Below, one piece after another: positions 27,687 to 41,640 of a DNA stretch of 64,000 bases. Origin of the DNA: the human T2T-CHM13v2.0 reference genome, Homo sapiens. The translations under genes and the position numbers were made by a program. The stretch lies in assembly GCA_009914755.4 (NCBI GenBank), contig CP068257.2:16672001-16736000 (forward strand), written 5' to 3'. The notes below the pieces were generated by a model, which saw only the letters and a program-made list of their open reading frames with translations, was not told the origin of the DNA and ran no database searches. Each line of letters starts with the position of its first letter. The stretch's first letter is position 1.

Positions 27687-28232
27687 TGTGATAGTTAATA
27701 TTGAATGCCAGCTTGATTGGATTGAAGGATGCAAAGTATTGTTCCTGGGTGTGTCTATGAGGGTGCTGCCAAAGAAGATTAACATTTGAGTCAGGGGACT
27801 GGGAAAGGCCGACCCACTCTCAGTCTGGGTAGGCACAATATAATCAGCTGCCAGCACAGCTAGAATAAAAGCAGGCAGAAGAACATGGAAGGATTAGACT
27901 GGCTGAATTTTCTGGCCTTCATCTTTCCCCCATGCTGGATGCTTCCTGCCCTCAAACATCAGACTCCAAGTTCTTCAGCTTTCAGACTCTTGGACCTACA
28001 CCTGGTTGCCAGAGGCTCTCAGGCCTTTGGCCACAGACTGAAGGCTGCACAATCAGCTTTCCTACTTTTGAGGTTTGGGGACTTGGACTGGCTTTTTTGC
28101 TCTAAGCTTGCAGATGGCCTATTATGAAATTTCACCTTGTGATCATGTGAGTCAATACTCCTTAAAAACTCTGTTTCATATACACATCTATCCTATGAGT
28201 TCTGTCCCTCTAGAGAACGCTGACTAATACCG
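27687..28232 (+). mobile_element. MaLR-type solo LTR (MST/MLT1-like)
   Basis: Starts tgtgatagttaatattgaatgccagcttgattggattgaaggatgc…, contains …ctcaaacatcagactccaagttcttcagctttcagactcttggacctacacctggttgccagaggctctc…, and ends …ttctgtccctctagagaacgctgactaatac, which are MaLR termini. Confidence 0.7.
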
Positions 28233-28692
28233 CCACTATTTAGGACAAAAATATTTTAGGTGATCTATGTCTGTATGTTCAAAGTCCAGGCTTGATTAGT
28301 CATTGTTATTAAATTATTTTAAAAATAGACACAGTAGGTTTCAGATTTAACTAAACTCTTAAAATTACTCCTTAAGAAGCCCACAAAAACCTCAAGGCAC
28401 CCTCCCCAAAGACTACAGACCATGCCACGTGGCCAGTACAACATTTGTTTGTATTCCAGTGAAAACAAAATGGAAACCAGCTCCTTTATTACTTTCAAAT
28501 ATAAGAAAGATACTAAAATGATCATTAATATGCTCAATAACGAAGAGTGGTTTTCATTGTGGATTTATGTGTAACATGTAATATTTTGCTAGCCTCCATT
28601 TGGTTTATATTTTGAAGTCTTTGATTTTCAGGAAAAATAAATAACAGTAGGTTGAGATAATAAGCCAAAGGAAGATCTACCTGAAAATAATT

Positions 28693-29011
28693 ATTGTTTT
28701 TTGTTTTGTTTTGATTTTCTAGAGACAGAGTCTTACTCTGTTGCCCAGGCTGGAGTGCAGTGACATGATTACAGCTCACAACAGCCTCAATCTCTCAGGC
28801 TCAAGAGTCCCTCCTGCCTCAGCCTCTCCGGTAGCTGGGACTACAGGTATGCACCACTGTGCCCAGCTAATTTGTGTTTGTTTGTTTTGTTTTGTAGAGA
28901 CAGAGTCTCGCTGTAATCCTCAGGCTGGTCTCAAACTCCTGGCTTCAAGCAATCCTCCTGCTTCAGCCTCCCGAAGTGCTGGAATTATAGCTGTGAGCCT
29001 CCACACCTGAC
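28693..29011 (-). mobile_element. AluJ-like, full length, sense to the gene; its 5' edge lies 43 bp downstream of the donor of the exon at 29055
   Basis: A T-rich tail, then agagacagagtcttactctgttgcccaggctggagtgcagtgacatgattacagctcacaacagcctcaatctc…gcttcagcctcccgaagtgctggaattatagctgtgagcctccacacctgacg. Confidence 0.85.
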
Positions 29012-29054
29012 GTTAATGATTTAATAAGACAAAATACACATGAAGGTTACTTAC

Positions 29055-29190
29055 TAGGAAGTTCTGGTGGAGGAGTTGGCACCAAAGTTGGTTCTGGATA
29101 AAGACTCCCATTGCAAATCCCATATGTTAGGCTAATGTCATCCAACGCAATATCACTCAGGATCTTGTTTTTAAAAGCATTAAAAGCAAC
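29055..29190 (-). CDS. TMPRSS15: TMPRSS15 exon: MAM domain C-terminus plus Pro-rich linker VAFNAFKNKILSDIALDDISLTYGICNGSLYPEPTLVPTPPPELP(T)
   Basis: Acceptor ctctctgaattgcag|GTTGCT and donor CTTCCTA|gtaagt. Corresponds to the ORF-track entry 29047..29229 (minus). Phase 0 in, phase 1 out. Confidence 0.9.
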
Positions 29191-31147
29191 CTGCAATTCA
29201 GAGAGGCATATGAAACGATTTGATTCCATTCTAATCTTCTCTGACTTGATTCTTCTTGTGAGCCCAAGAGATTCAATATTGTCTAGAGATTCAATATTGT
29301 CACCTTGAACTATATGGTGACCGTTACTACATAGTGAAATCTTGACAGATCATGCTTTTTAAATTCTTCTGCTGAACCCAACCCCCTTATTATGTGTTCA
29401 CACTGGCTAAATTTCCAATGATGTCTTCCTTCTGAATTAGTCAATATTGTTACAGTTTCTATATCTCTGTCTGTGTCTCTCTTATGATATTGTCATATTC
29501 CATTGTACTCTGTCATGCATATATATCATCTGGCAGGAGAAAGCAATTTTCTCCCAAATTTCTTCTTTCAGCAATATTAAACATTCAGGTAGTTTTCTTC
29601 CTTCTTAGAGCATACAAAGCCTGAAGAGAAAACACACTGGGGGTGAAGGGGACGAGAGAGAGTATGAGTGTAAAACGATCATTCAGGGCCAGCTGTTACT
29701 GGTCACAGTTCACCCAGGGTGTTGATGTGGGATACTGTGCAAGGGTGGTGCCCGGAGGACACAGAACGAGATTTGGAAGAAAGGTCCAGTGGCCAGAGGT
29801 AACATATTAGGTTCTCAGGAACAGTGGGTATTTTAGCTGTACTTTCCTGGATCCTGTGCTATGTAGAAGAGGAAAGACATAAATTGAATGTCTGCTATAT
29901 GCTATTTGCTATGCTAGGCACATGGTATACATTGATCTTATTTAATTTTCAACACTCATTCATTCACTCATTTGTTTATTCATTCCACCTACTTCATGCC
30001 AGACATTATTCCAGTAGGTATTATTTTCTTCCTTACACATATGACCTAATTAAATTTCAAGGAGACTATGGTGACTTGCTCATGATTTCACAACAAAATG
30101 GCAAAGCCAAAGTGCACGTATCTGTAGAACTTGACTCTCTCGCACCACCTCATGAGCTGTGAGAAACTGGATCCAATTATATTACTTTAGAAAAGACGCT
30201 CAATGAGTATAGCCACATCTGGCCACTGCAATACTGACTTCCCCTTCTGCTGTCTCTTTTCTCCCTGGCCTTTCCATTTTCCCTTACCCTTCTCTGAATT
30301 ATCAGAAAACAAAATTGGAGAGGAAACGTCCCATAAAAGGATCAAAGAAGAAGAAAGAAGGAAAAAGGAAGAGAAGGAAAGAAAGAATGATGGGAGGAAA
30401 ACGGTTGAGAGTCATTAATTATTGCCTTACACCAAGTCACGGGGAAAATCTGAAGCCTTTGATGATGGCAGTGTCTGTCCAAATATACATCTTCTGAAAG
30501 TGATACTCTTGTGTTTGAAATTACCCATTTAAAACATTATTAATTTGGTCAAACTAATAGCCTCTATTATGCCATATTTTAATTGCAAAGACCCTCAGGA
30601 AGAGAACACATTAAAGTGTTATTTGAAAAATTAATTCACCTTAATGTGAAATAAATGATCAGAGACTTCCCAATGCTACAGCTCATATAATTTGTTTCTA
30701 AAGGAAATACATGGAGATTAAATCAGAGTGGGGCAGGGTGGGTGGATGCCTATGGGCATAGGCATAGAAAAGGGCAGGGTTGACCTAGGTGGTATTTGTG
30801 AAAAGCTGAAAATTGTAGGTAGGCAGAGGGCTTAGAGATAAATGGTTGGCCTATGCTAGAAAGTTGCTGAAGGAAGCTGAAATATTCTAAAAGACTTCGA
30901 TGTATTTTATGGACCATTATAAGCTGTATTTTCATTAGTACATTGTTCCTCAATGATGGTTTTTAATAGGCTATTGAATAAATAAAAATAAAATACTCCA
31001 AGGTAAAATGTGAGGTAGATTGGGCAAGTAGAGAAAGTGACTTGATTATCTTCAGAAAATACATTAATTTTTTCACTGTATCATTCTAAATATAATTGTT
31101 CCACCACAAAAAGGATACAAATATAAATAATAAAGTATTTTGCAAAC

Positions 31148-31298
31148 CTTAAATTTAACTGTTTCATTTAGGGTTACTTGTCCATAATTCCAATTGTCTC
31201 CATAATTTCCTTCCTTTTGGAAAACTGTCTTCTCCATATTTTGGTCATTGCTGATATTAATGCTTAATTTATGGACATTTTCACCATACATATGATAC
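31148..31298 (-). CDS. TMPRSS15: TMPRSS15 exon: MAM domain (W)YHMYGENVHKLSINISNDQNMEKTVFQKEGNYGDNWNYGQVTLNETVKFK
   Basis: Acceptor ttctttccaaactag|GTATCAT and a weak donor TTTAAG|gtttgc. Corresponds to the ORF-track entry 31073..31291 (minus). Phase 2 in, phase 0 out. Confidence 0.88.
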
Positions 31299-31596
31299 CT
31301 AGTTTGGAAAGAAGCAAAAATGTTTGGATTCCTACAACATTAGAATAAGTCCTTTTCAGAGCTTTTCTACATTTTTTACTTTCTTTGAAATAATCTTTTT
31401 TTCCTTCTGGGTTTTGGAGTTGCTGGGGATGGGGAGAGGTGTCTATCAATGTTTTATTGCTTATCAGTTGGGAAAAGTAATAGTATATGCATTAAAACTT
31501 TAGCCAACATCTTAGTGAAATATGAGCCTGGTGGCCTGAGCAAGGCAATGTTACCCATTAAAAAAGACAGCGTTTAAACAGGTGTCTACAACATAC

Positions 31597-31702
31597 CAGA
31601 AACTAAGGCAAGCTGGCTCCAAAGTGGGGTCCAAAGGGAGGCTTAAAAGCCCCACTCGTTCTTGTCTCCCTCCTGGTCCAGTTGGGGTAGAAATGTAAAA
31701 TC
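31597..31702 (-). CDS. TMPRSS15: TMPRSS15 exon: MAM domain (G)FYISTPTGPGGRQERVGLLSLPLDPTLEPACLSF(W)
   Basis: Acceptor gatatttttacag|GATTTTAC and donor GTTTCTG|gtatgt. Phase 1 in, phase 2 out, continuous with the neighbouring exons. Confidence 0.9.
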
Positions 31703-33101
31703 CTGTAAAAATATCAAAAAAAATTTATTTCACTTAAATATTGCATTTTCATTGTGTGACAAGTAGACTTTGTAAGCAGGAAAGAAAAACTTTAAGAAGA
31801 AAGGTTAAGGAAATATATTTTAATATAGTGGACAGGACACTAGACTCGAGCTCAGAAAGCAGTATTTTTGCCATAACAGATTGTTATTGACAAAAATAGC
31901 TTAACACTGGGCCTCCCACTTTATTAAACAAGAGTCTTGAAGTGGAGTACCACCAAGGATATATAAAATTCTGACTTATTATGAGTCACTAAATTATCCA
32001 GTCCAATTCCTGACTTAATTCTAGTTTACTAGATATTTTGATTAATTCACATGAGGATATCTAGAGATGCTGGTGGACTAACTCAGAATATACACATATA
32101 TTTAAATACAAATTTGAAGGCAAATTTAAGAGTTTCTAAGATTTTCAGTTTTATATTTCACTGAACACTTCATATCTCTAAATAAGAACTTGCCTTATTT
32201 TAAAACAGTCTTATCTTTCTTTATTCCTATGAACGATAAGTAATCAGATCACTGAGAAGCAGAAAGCATGCTAATCCGTATAAAACTTTCAAAATAGCAC
32301 AAGCCACTGCATAAAGTGCTTGCTGGTCTGAAATTCATTATTCCAACCAATGATTTCAGTCATTTGAAGTTTGCGAAGGGTTGTTGGGATAACATTTTGA
32401 ACATTTTCTTAGGGGAATTTATTTTATTCTTAGTTTCCTGCTCACATATTATGACAGGAAGCGAGAATCATGTAACTAAATATTATATAAAGCAAATGTG
32501 ATGTTGGATTAATCTAATTTGATTGGAATGCAATTTTTCATGAGATGATGAAATTTAGTGTTTACCTGAAATCAAGCATCTTCTCTCTTGTGCTTTGCAA
32601 CAGAAAAATATAGGCAATGTTGCATATAAACTTTAAACTCATTCATTTATGAGATGCAAAGTAAGAACAAGGCATAAAGAAAAGAAGCTAGTAGAACTGC
32701 CTATAGGTATATCAATGCATATTTAGACCAGTGAGGCAAAAATTATTCAGAATAAATGAGTGTTTTATCAAGGTGAAATTATGGTCAAGTGGCTTAATAA
32801 ATGTAATATGTACACATTCATTTGCTTTGTATGACAAACTGTTAATAATGTGTTTAACATTTTATATTATTAACACATTACTCCTATTTTATATAATGCT
32901 GTAATATTTCATGAGTACATATCTTAGCTATTTTGTTAGTGTTCTAATTATATGACTGCATGGAGAAGAGTGGCCTAGATACAGAAGAGAGGTCCCAGAA
33001 TCTACTCTTTAAATGCACAACTCCAAATCGCTTTTGAATTTACCTTACTTTTGATTACTTAGAACATAACTGGGGAAGAAATAATTAAAATACCACTGAA
33101 T

Positions 33102-33450
<349 letters not shown>

Positions 33451-34898
33451 TTAGCCTATTCAGAAAAATTTCTAATTAGCTACAATTATATAAACACACA
33501 TCATGCTCCTATTTATGTTTGGCCATGTTCACAGTCAATAGTTATAATTAATTTGAAATAGTTTGAATCTGTTTTTCACTTAGTAAGCAGTGATATATTT
33601 GGAGTTTTCAGTATGATCAAAATATGATGCTATGAGTTCTTTTGTCAGTGATCAAGTAAAACATAATTAATTATGTAGACTATAGTACCTTATAAATCTT
33701 GCCTAGAGTAAATATCATATAGAATTGCATATTATTGAATATAGTAAAATAATATATAACATTAAATTGCTATTTTTGTGATATCAGCTACATTCTTTAG
33801 TTAACAAATTAGAAGATGAATAAAAGCCTTCATAAAATGCTAAAGTTTAAGAGTAGAGATTTGCAGTTTACATAAAACTGTACTTAGTCTAACCACTAAT
33901 TGTCCTTAAATTTCATCTATAACATTTTGCCCTAAGGGATCACTTGATCTCTGGTTAACAGATGCCAGATGCAGAAGAAATTATTCTATTCCAAGGCATC
34001 CCATTCCGTTTCAACATGATTAGAAAATTATTTTCTTTTTTAAAAAAATAAGCTTATACGCACCTATTATAACTAATTTTGCCTTGTGGGACTATTTACA
34101 ATATAACATATTTGTTAGCTCTACAGAAGTTTAAAGGCCACTATTACATCTCTCCTAAGTCTTCTCAAGATTATCCATCACTTTTTTTTCCTTAAATAAT
34201 TTTATTAAGGCAGTTTCAGTTTGCTTCTTTAATTTGAGAAGCCGTCAATTAGCTGTACATTCAGTTGCTTCCACTTAAAGTATGGAAACTCACATTCACA
34301 CAACATGTCTGTTGCGCTATCTCACCAGGGAGCAGAGTAGAAACATCCCAACGCATGGAACTATTACTGAAGACAGACCATCATTGTCACTATTTCCAAG
34401 TGCATCTCACTTCTAGCTCTCTGAGTCTTCTTGGGAATCATCTCTTACACCATTGCTCAATAATACTTTCTTATGCACAATCAAATTAGCCCCTTATTCA
34501 AGATCTTTTATTATCTCTTTATTTCTTATTAAACCAAATACAAATACAGTCTGATATTTGAGGCCCCTGTGTTATGACCTCAATGTCATTTTCCGGCTAT
34601 TGCACCTATACTTCATCTATTTCCATAGAGCACTTCTGCAAAATTAGATAATTTTAATATTTCCAAACACCTAGAAATTTTTTGACACTTTGTGTCTTCT
34701 TTTTTCTCTTTTACCTCCTTCCACTTCCCCTTCCAATTGTACCTTGTTAAAATCGTATCAATTGTTTGAGGTCATTTAAATCAAACTGTCATCTCCTTCA
34801 GAAAGCCTCCCAATTAAAAGTAACCACTTTTTCTTTTGAATTCTCGGTGGCACTTTGTACTTCTCTGATGTCATTCGGCATATTCTGTCATGTATATA

Positions 34899-35184
34899 TT
34901 TTTTTTCTTGAGATGATGTTTCACTCCATCATTCAGGCTGGAGTGCGGTAGCCAATCTTGGTTCATTGCAACCTCTGCCTCCGGTGGTTCAAGTGAATCT
35001 CCTGCCTCAGCCTCCAGAGTAGCTGGGACTACAGGCTCACGCCACCATGGCTGGCTAATTTTTGTATTTTTAGTAGAGATGGAGTTTCGCCATGTTAGCC
35101 AGGCTGCTTTCAAACTCCTGATCTCAGGTGATCCGCCTGCCTTGGATGTGTTGGGATTACAGGCATCAGCCACTGCACCCGGCC
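34899..35184 (-). mobile_element. Alu (AluS/J-like), full length
   Basis: ttttttttcttgagatgatgtttcactccatcattcaggctggagtgcggtagc…gcctgccttggatgtgttgggattacaggcatcagccactgcacccggcc. Confidence 0.85.
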
Positions 35185-35503
35185 TGTTGTATATTTTATT
35201 TATGTTTATATGTGACTTTTTAAACTTGCTAGAACTTTTGGAAACAAGAAAGACACTTTGTTCATTTTTTTTCTGTCTTGATATGAATTAGCTGTCTGTT
35301 GTTTAACATATTTTTGTTACAGATTTGCTTTGCTTTTAAATTTATTAAATTTCTACATAAAAGGAACAATTGAAGAGATTTTTTCATAACCACATGGGAA
35401 TTTATATGGTCAAAAATAATTTCTTCTAAAACCCTTTGACTTCCTTGAAATGTTTTCTAGAGCTCTTAGAATCAATCTCAGTCAACTTAAAACCCAGGAT
35501 ATT

Positions 35504-35858
<355 letters not shown>

Positions 35859-36489
35859 GAAAATTGAATACACTTTGTTTACTTAAGCTTGTAATGATCT
35901 CTTTTTTGAACTATTAGGTTTTTCTTAAAACTCCTTTCCATCACTTTTTCCTGCTTGTCTCTTCATGAATTGAACCTAGCCTCTCTCCACCCAACATCCT
36001 AATTAAAAAGCAAAACTTCTGAGCATGTGCTGATCTGATATAGAGATAGCAGAAACTGGAGAGATAGTAGAACTTCCTGAGATCCTAGAAATCCCTCTCA
36101 AGAAGGAAATAGGCTGATGCAAATTGTTTCATGATTTGTAAATACATATGTAAAATTAGCTGAACCTAGTAGATAAATATTATTAAAAGCTTAAACTGAT
36201 GCATGGCCTAAATTCAGTCAGATTTTATCAATTTTAGAAAGTAATATTATTTTCTAAAATTCAACATCACAGGAAAGATAAGAAAATAAAAATGTTACTT
36301 TTAAAACATTAAAGTTACACTTATTTTAGAAAAAGTTTATATGCTAAGTTAAATGAAGATATCTAAAAGAACTAATATGATTTTGAAAATTGAGCAGAGT
36401 GACTATTTTCCTCCCCAACATATGACTTAGAACAGTACCACAGCCAATGTATGTTTCTCGAATACTTTTGCAGTATGAAAAGAAAGTAG

Positions 36490-36760
36490 TTATAATACCT
36501 AACATTTATATAGCACTTCCTATGTGTCAGCCATTTTTCAGAGTTTTTTTCTAAACATAGCAATCAATTTAATGTTTATTACATGCCTTTAATGGCAGGT
36601 CCTATTGTCCTCAACCTCACTTTCCAGATAAGGGAATTGGGACAGAAATAGAAGATAGGAAACTTGCCTAAATGGCAGGGCTAAGATTTAAACCTGGCTA
36701 AGACTCCAGGGTCTGTATTTCAATGGTTTTTACTACTAAACTATACTACCTCCCACAGTA
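36490..36760 (+). mobile_element. MIR (mammalian-wide interspersed repeat) SINE
   Basis: …tagcacttcctatgtgtcagcc…cctcactttccagataagggaattgggacagaaatagaagataggaaacttgcctaaatggcagggctaagatttaaacctggctaagactccagggtctgtatttcaatggtttttactactaaactatactacc matches the MIR core and 3' region. Confidence 0.6.
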
Positions 36761-39018
36761 TTACAAACAATTGCAATTTCACTGGTAAAGGAAACGAAAG
36801 AAACATTTTATTTGAGCTATGTAGTCCTCTGCGATCCCTATATTTCTGAAGTTTCCACATATTATGAACCTCATTTGTCCTGAGCCTTCTAAATGAATGG
36901 GCCACTTCTGAGCACCTCAAGATGCTGTCCTGCCTCAGCACCACCTTCTTGACCAATTCCTTTTGCTTCTAAGAGGTACAGAGAAACCCTGACTGCTGAC
37001 AATACAGAGATTTAGAAGCCATTGCTTCACCAGAAGAGAGTTCTTCAGAAGGACTAGAAAAATTAAGAGGCTTAGGTGTTCTTACCTAAAGCAGTATTAA
37101 TTCAAAGTTTATCTGTTTCATTTAGTCTTTTCTGTCACTTAAGGTAAAGGCAAAGAACAAAACAACAATACAAACAACAAACCTGCCTGGATAAGAGGAA
37201 CATCGAGAAATATTTAATTCTCTTTCATTTCAGAGATAGGATGTTCTGACACATAAAAAAGCAGGCTAGAAGAAAAACGCCCTTTGGAGAGGAATGACTG
37301 GTTGATTATGAAATCACAGGTATGGGAGTTGGAGAGGACCTATTAAATCCTATCATCTGTCCTCATTATATGACTTGTCTAATTTTAAAAAACTCCTGCT
37401 ACTACGCTTTCTCCTGAGACTTCATTTCAGACCCGACTATTTAAAACCTCCACTTGACATTCAACTCGTTTCACTTTGGTCAGTTTCATCTTATTTCCTT
37501 AGTTATTTAATCTGTTGGCAAGCCGAAACCATTTTCCCCTTTAATGTACTTATGCTCTTCAAATATCAGTGGAGTTACTTTATCTCTTATTAGGATGACA
37601 TAAGAGCAGAAAAATGATAATTTGAACATCAGAGATTTCAACCACATAAAAGGTATCTGTCATAGTCAATAGATATAAATGCTTTTTGCACTTTCCTCTA
37701 ACTACTCTTGTCCAAGTGTGGTAGAAACTTTTTTTTAATTACAGTAAAGAGAAAAAAAAAGATCAGATTATTTGACTGTTTTAGGCCAGACCCCTTCAGA
37801 GAGTTGGGGTGATTATCATGTAGGGGTTAGTTTTCAGCTGTGTAATTAGTGATTTTTCCATGGAGAATCAGGCACTGGGAAATAACTTATTCAAAGAAGA
37901 TTAATTATGTATGAGAGTATTCATGTCATCATTTTCAACACTAAACTTTTTTTGTCTTACGGGGTTGGCAATTTACATAAAGAACATTTTTTATGTGAAG
38001 GCCCACACTGGTGACTCATTTAGCTGGATCCTGTTGGCTTCAGTTAAAAACTATATTCAGAATCTGACCTTTTCTCACCACATCTGCTCCCACTGATCTG
38101 AGTCTCATGACCTCTTCTCTAGTTAGGCAATGGCCTTCCACCAGTCTCTTTTCAACACTCTTGCCCTCGCACAAACTATCTTTCAACAGATCAGTCATGT
38201 TCCCTCTGCCTGGAATAATCTGTGTGGCTAATTCTTTCAATTCCTTACAGTTTTGATTCAAATGTCACTTTTTCAATGAGACTTACTGCTCATCTTCTTC
38301 TAATTTGTAACAGCATCTTAGCCCCACCCTCCCCATCCTCTTACAAAGCTTCATATTTTCCCAAAGTACCTATTCACATTTAACACACCAAGGAACAATT
38401 AATTATATATATACATATATATATAATTTCCTATTCTCTGTTTTTTCTTGCTAGAATTTGTGTTTCATGAGAGCAGAAAATTTGGTTTATTTTGTTCACA
38501 GATATATTCTGAATGACTTGAATAAGGCCTGGAGCTCAATAAATGCTTCTTAAATAAAAGAACAAAATAATACATTTGAAGGGGCTTTTACTGATGACTC
38601 TGAAATATATTAAAGTAGTCACTTTTTACTAAAATCTATTTTTATTAAGTTGAAATAGTGTGATGAACCATATTTTGATATTCTAGGGATATCATTCTCT
38701 AAAGAAGTAGGATTAGTCAGATATATTTCTATCTTGAAAAAAATTAACTCTTTAAAGTCCTTTAACTAAATGTCACTCACAATTTATGTTAAATCAACCA
38801 CTTAATTTTCAGGTCTTAAAATCAGGAATATTAATCTTCGTAATTGGTCATTAATACCAAATTGCAATGCCAATTTGCTTAGAATTTTTGTTAACTTTAG
38901 AAACTATTTTATTCAGTCAATAACTTATTCAGAAATTACTTGAGTCAAAGTTGTAGATATTTATTTACATATTCAAAAATAATTTTGCATGTTAATTACA
39001 TTCATGCACTGAGAATAC

Positions 39019-39392
39019 CTGATATGGTTTGGCTCTGTGTCCCCACCCAAATCTCATCTCCAATTGTAATCTACATAGTTCCCATGTGTTGAGGGCAGGA
39101 CCTGGTGGGAGTGATGGGATCACGGGGGCAATTTTTTCAATGCCGTTCTCATAATGGTGAGTTCCCACAAGATCTGGTGGTTTTATATGTGTTTGACATT
39201 TCTTCCTAAACACACTCACTGTCTCTTGCCTGCAGCCACGTAAGACGTGTCTGCTTTGCCTTCTGCCATGATTATAAGTGTCCTGAGACCTCCCCAGCCA
39301 TGCAGAACTATGAGTCAATGAAACCTCTTTCCTTTATAAATTACCCAGTCTCGGGTATTTCTTTATGGCAGTGTGAAAATGGACTAATACAT
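39019..39392 (+). mobile_element. MaLR solo LTR (THE1/MST-like), plus orientation
   Basis: tgatatggtttggctctgtgtccccacccaaatctcatctccaattgtaatc…ctccccagccatgcagaactatgagtcaatgaaacctctttcctttataaattacccagtctcgggtatttctttatggcagtgtgaaaatggactaatacat matches the canonical THE1/MST start and end. Confidence 0.8.
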
Positions 39393-40557
39393 GCCCTATT
39401 AATTCAAAGTTAAAAGAGACTAGGTTTTTGTTCCTGAAAAGAATACTGTGGTAAAAAGAAACAAATAAGTGAGTAAATATAATGCTATATAATAGGAAAA
39501 ATGGAAGAGGTGCTTAGAATATTTAAGGGAAAAAAAATTTCAACTTGGAAGTTTTGGACAGACTTTGTGGAAGTTACTGTATATGACCTGTATCCTTAAT
39601 GCCTAGAACCATAGCTGGTTAGAGGTGGCTTTTAACGTTTGTTTGAATGAGATAGTATTCTTATCAGCAAGTCATATTATAAGATGAATTTTGACTAAGA
39701 AAATTATATAAATTCACAACTTTTCACTGTTTTTTTGTAATTTTCCTTATACATTCCTTCTAAGATTTGTAACTCTCACTTCAGTGATTATATTTGGTAT
39801 TATGAATATGTGTTCCAAGACTTTCATGATTGATCTTCCCACTACAAGTTCCTTAGCTTCTAATATTTCACCACGATTTCTGGTTTCTCAGCAAAATATT
39901 ATTGTCTCTAATATTTCCACCTGGCATCAATTCTAATATCTCATTCAGATGAAAAATGTACTTAGAAATCACAACCTTGCCCTATTAGCATGCTTTAGAA
40001 TCAGACTTCCATAGGGCTTCTCAGAAGAAGCAAGTCTATCTTTGTTTCAAGATTATGCAATCTTGTATGTTGAAAATGCTAAGGAATTCTTTAAAGGAAC
40101 ATCGGAGATAACAAACAAATTCAGCAGGACTGCTGTTGGGTCTAAGATCAATATGCAAAAATCCATTTTATTTCTGTGCATTAGCAATGTACAATCAGAA
40201 AACGAAATTAAGACAAATAGACCAAACTTCAGAAAAGCTAATTGCCTCACTCAAATCTACTTAGTTAATAATAAGTGGCAAGTCTAGGATGACAACCTAG
40301 TCTTGTCTCTAATGACCTCTGTGTACTTTTCAACATTTTGCAAATATATAGGGTAAACCAATATATTTCTTGAAACACACTCACTTTTACTTGCCTGTTT
40401 GATTACCATTTTTCATTTAATTAATTGAATTTTTAAAAAACCCAAAAAGACTTTTGCATTTAATACTGCTCACTTTACACTGCAGTACAACACATACCTC
40501 TTTCCTTTTGATTTATGAATTAAAATCCTTTTGACTTCTGAATTAAATGAATTATAC

Positions 40558-40707
40558 CTGAAGCATTGCCAAAAGTGTGGTCAAAATTGGGTCCAGTAAA
40601 AGGAGAAAAGGTGCTTCCCTGAATCCTTTCCCATTCATTATCATCATTTAGATCCTGGACCCAGAAACAAAAGCCATCCTCAAAGTTACAATTAATTTTC
40701 TCATAAT
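40558..40707 (-). CDS. TMPRSS15: TMPRSS15 exon: MAM domain N-terminus (N)YEKINCNFEDGFCFWVQDLNDDNEWERIQGSTFSPFTGPNFDHTFGNAS
   Basis: Acceptor ttttcattcacag|ATTATGAG and donor GCTTCAG|gtataa. MAM N-terminal signature C.FE…C.W.Q…DD..W. Phase 1-1. Confidence 0.9.
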
Positions 40708-41377
40708 CTGTGAATGAAAAAAAAGAAGGAATAAAAAAAATTTAGTCCATAATGTGAGTAGTTATATTAGATTGTATTGAAAATAATCTAACCTTATACA
40801 GCTTATACTTCAGTGGTATGTACAAAATCATTATTTTTTATTGATCTTAACTCTGTTGCATTCTATTTATTTTTTTTAAAGCAGCTTTTTGTTGCCAACT
40901 GTGTTAAATTAATACATTTCCTATACTCTGTCAGGGTATTAGCAAATATAAGTTTCTCATTTTTTAAGTTTTACATCTTGTTTCCATTGGTTCACCCACA
41001 GAAACTTTGTTCCATATTTTTCTCTCTCCTGTTACTAAATTTAATACCTTGATCCAAATTAAGTTTATGTAGAATTTTCTCTGAATTAGTTTTATGCTAG
41101 TATTTTCTAACTTGCAATGCTTGCAGCAAATAAAATTTTAATTTGATTTTATAGTGATTTATAAGTTTTCTCAAATTGGTTATTTGATTCCTTTGAAAAA
41201 TGTAAACCATTGTCCAATTTCTCATTTCTTTTTAAGTTCTAAGAAGAGAAAGATGCACATACAAGATACTCATTATAAAATTACATCATGAAAATTTTAG
41301 ATTCTGCTACCTTTAAAATTCCATCATAACATTAAAGCATCTAAAAATTAAAAAGCCAAAAAATAAATAATACTTAC

Positions 41378-41518
41378 TATTAAGCTCACTGCTGTTAAAT
41401 GCAGTATATGTTGCATTAAAGCCAACATAATCACTTTCATCAGATTCTATAAGAAAGGTGGCAGTAACTTGGTTGGAAAAAATTCTTATTGTGCCAGGAT
41501 TAGTTTCCCAAATAGAAG
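41378..41518 (-). CDS. TMPRSS15: TMPRSS15 exon: CUB domain 1, C-terminal (A)SIWETNPGTIRIFSNQVTATFLIESDESDYVGFNATYTAFNSSELN
   Basis: Acceptor attttattttgtag|CTTCTATT and donor CTTAATA|gtaagt. CUB C-terminal consensus. Phase 1-1. Confidence 0.9.
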
Positions 41519-41554
41519 CTACAAAATAAAATAAACAACTGTTATATGTATATA

Positions 41555-41640
41555 TCTATCTGTTCATCTCTCTATCCATCCATCAGTCCATCTACTGAAC
41601 TATCAGTTTGTCAGTTGATCTATACAAATATCTATCTGAT
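41555..41640. repeat. (ATCY)n-like low-complexity tetranucleotide-derived repeat
   Basis: ctatctgttcatctctctatccatccatcagtccatctactgaactatcagtttgtcagttgatctatacaaatatctatctgat. Confidence 0.5.
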
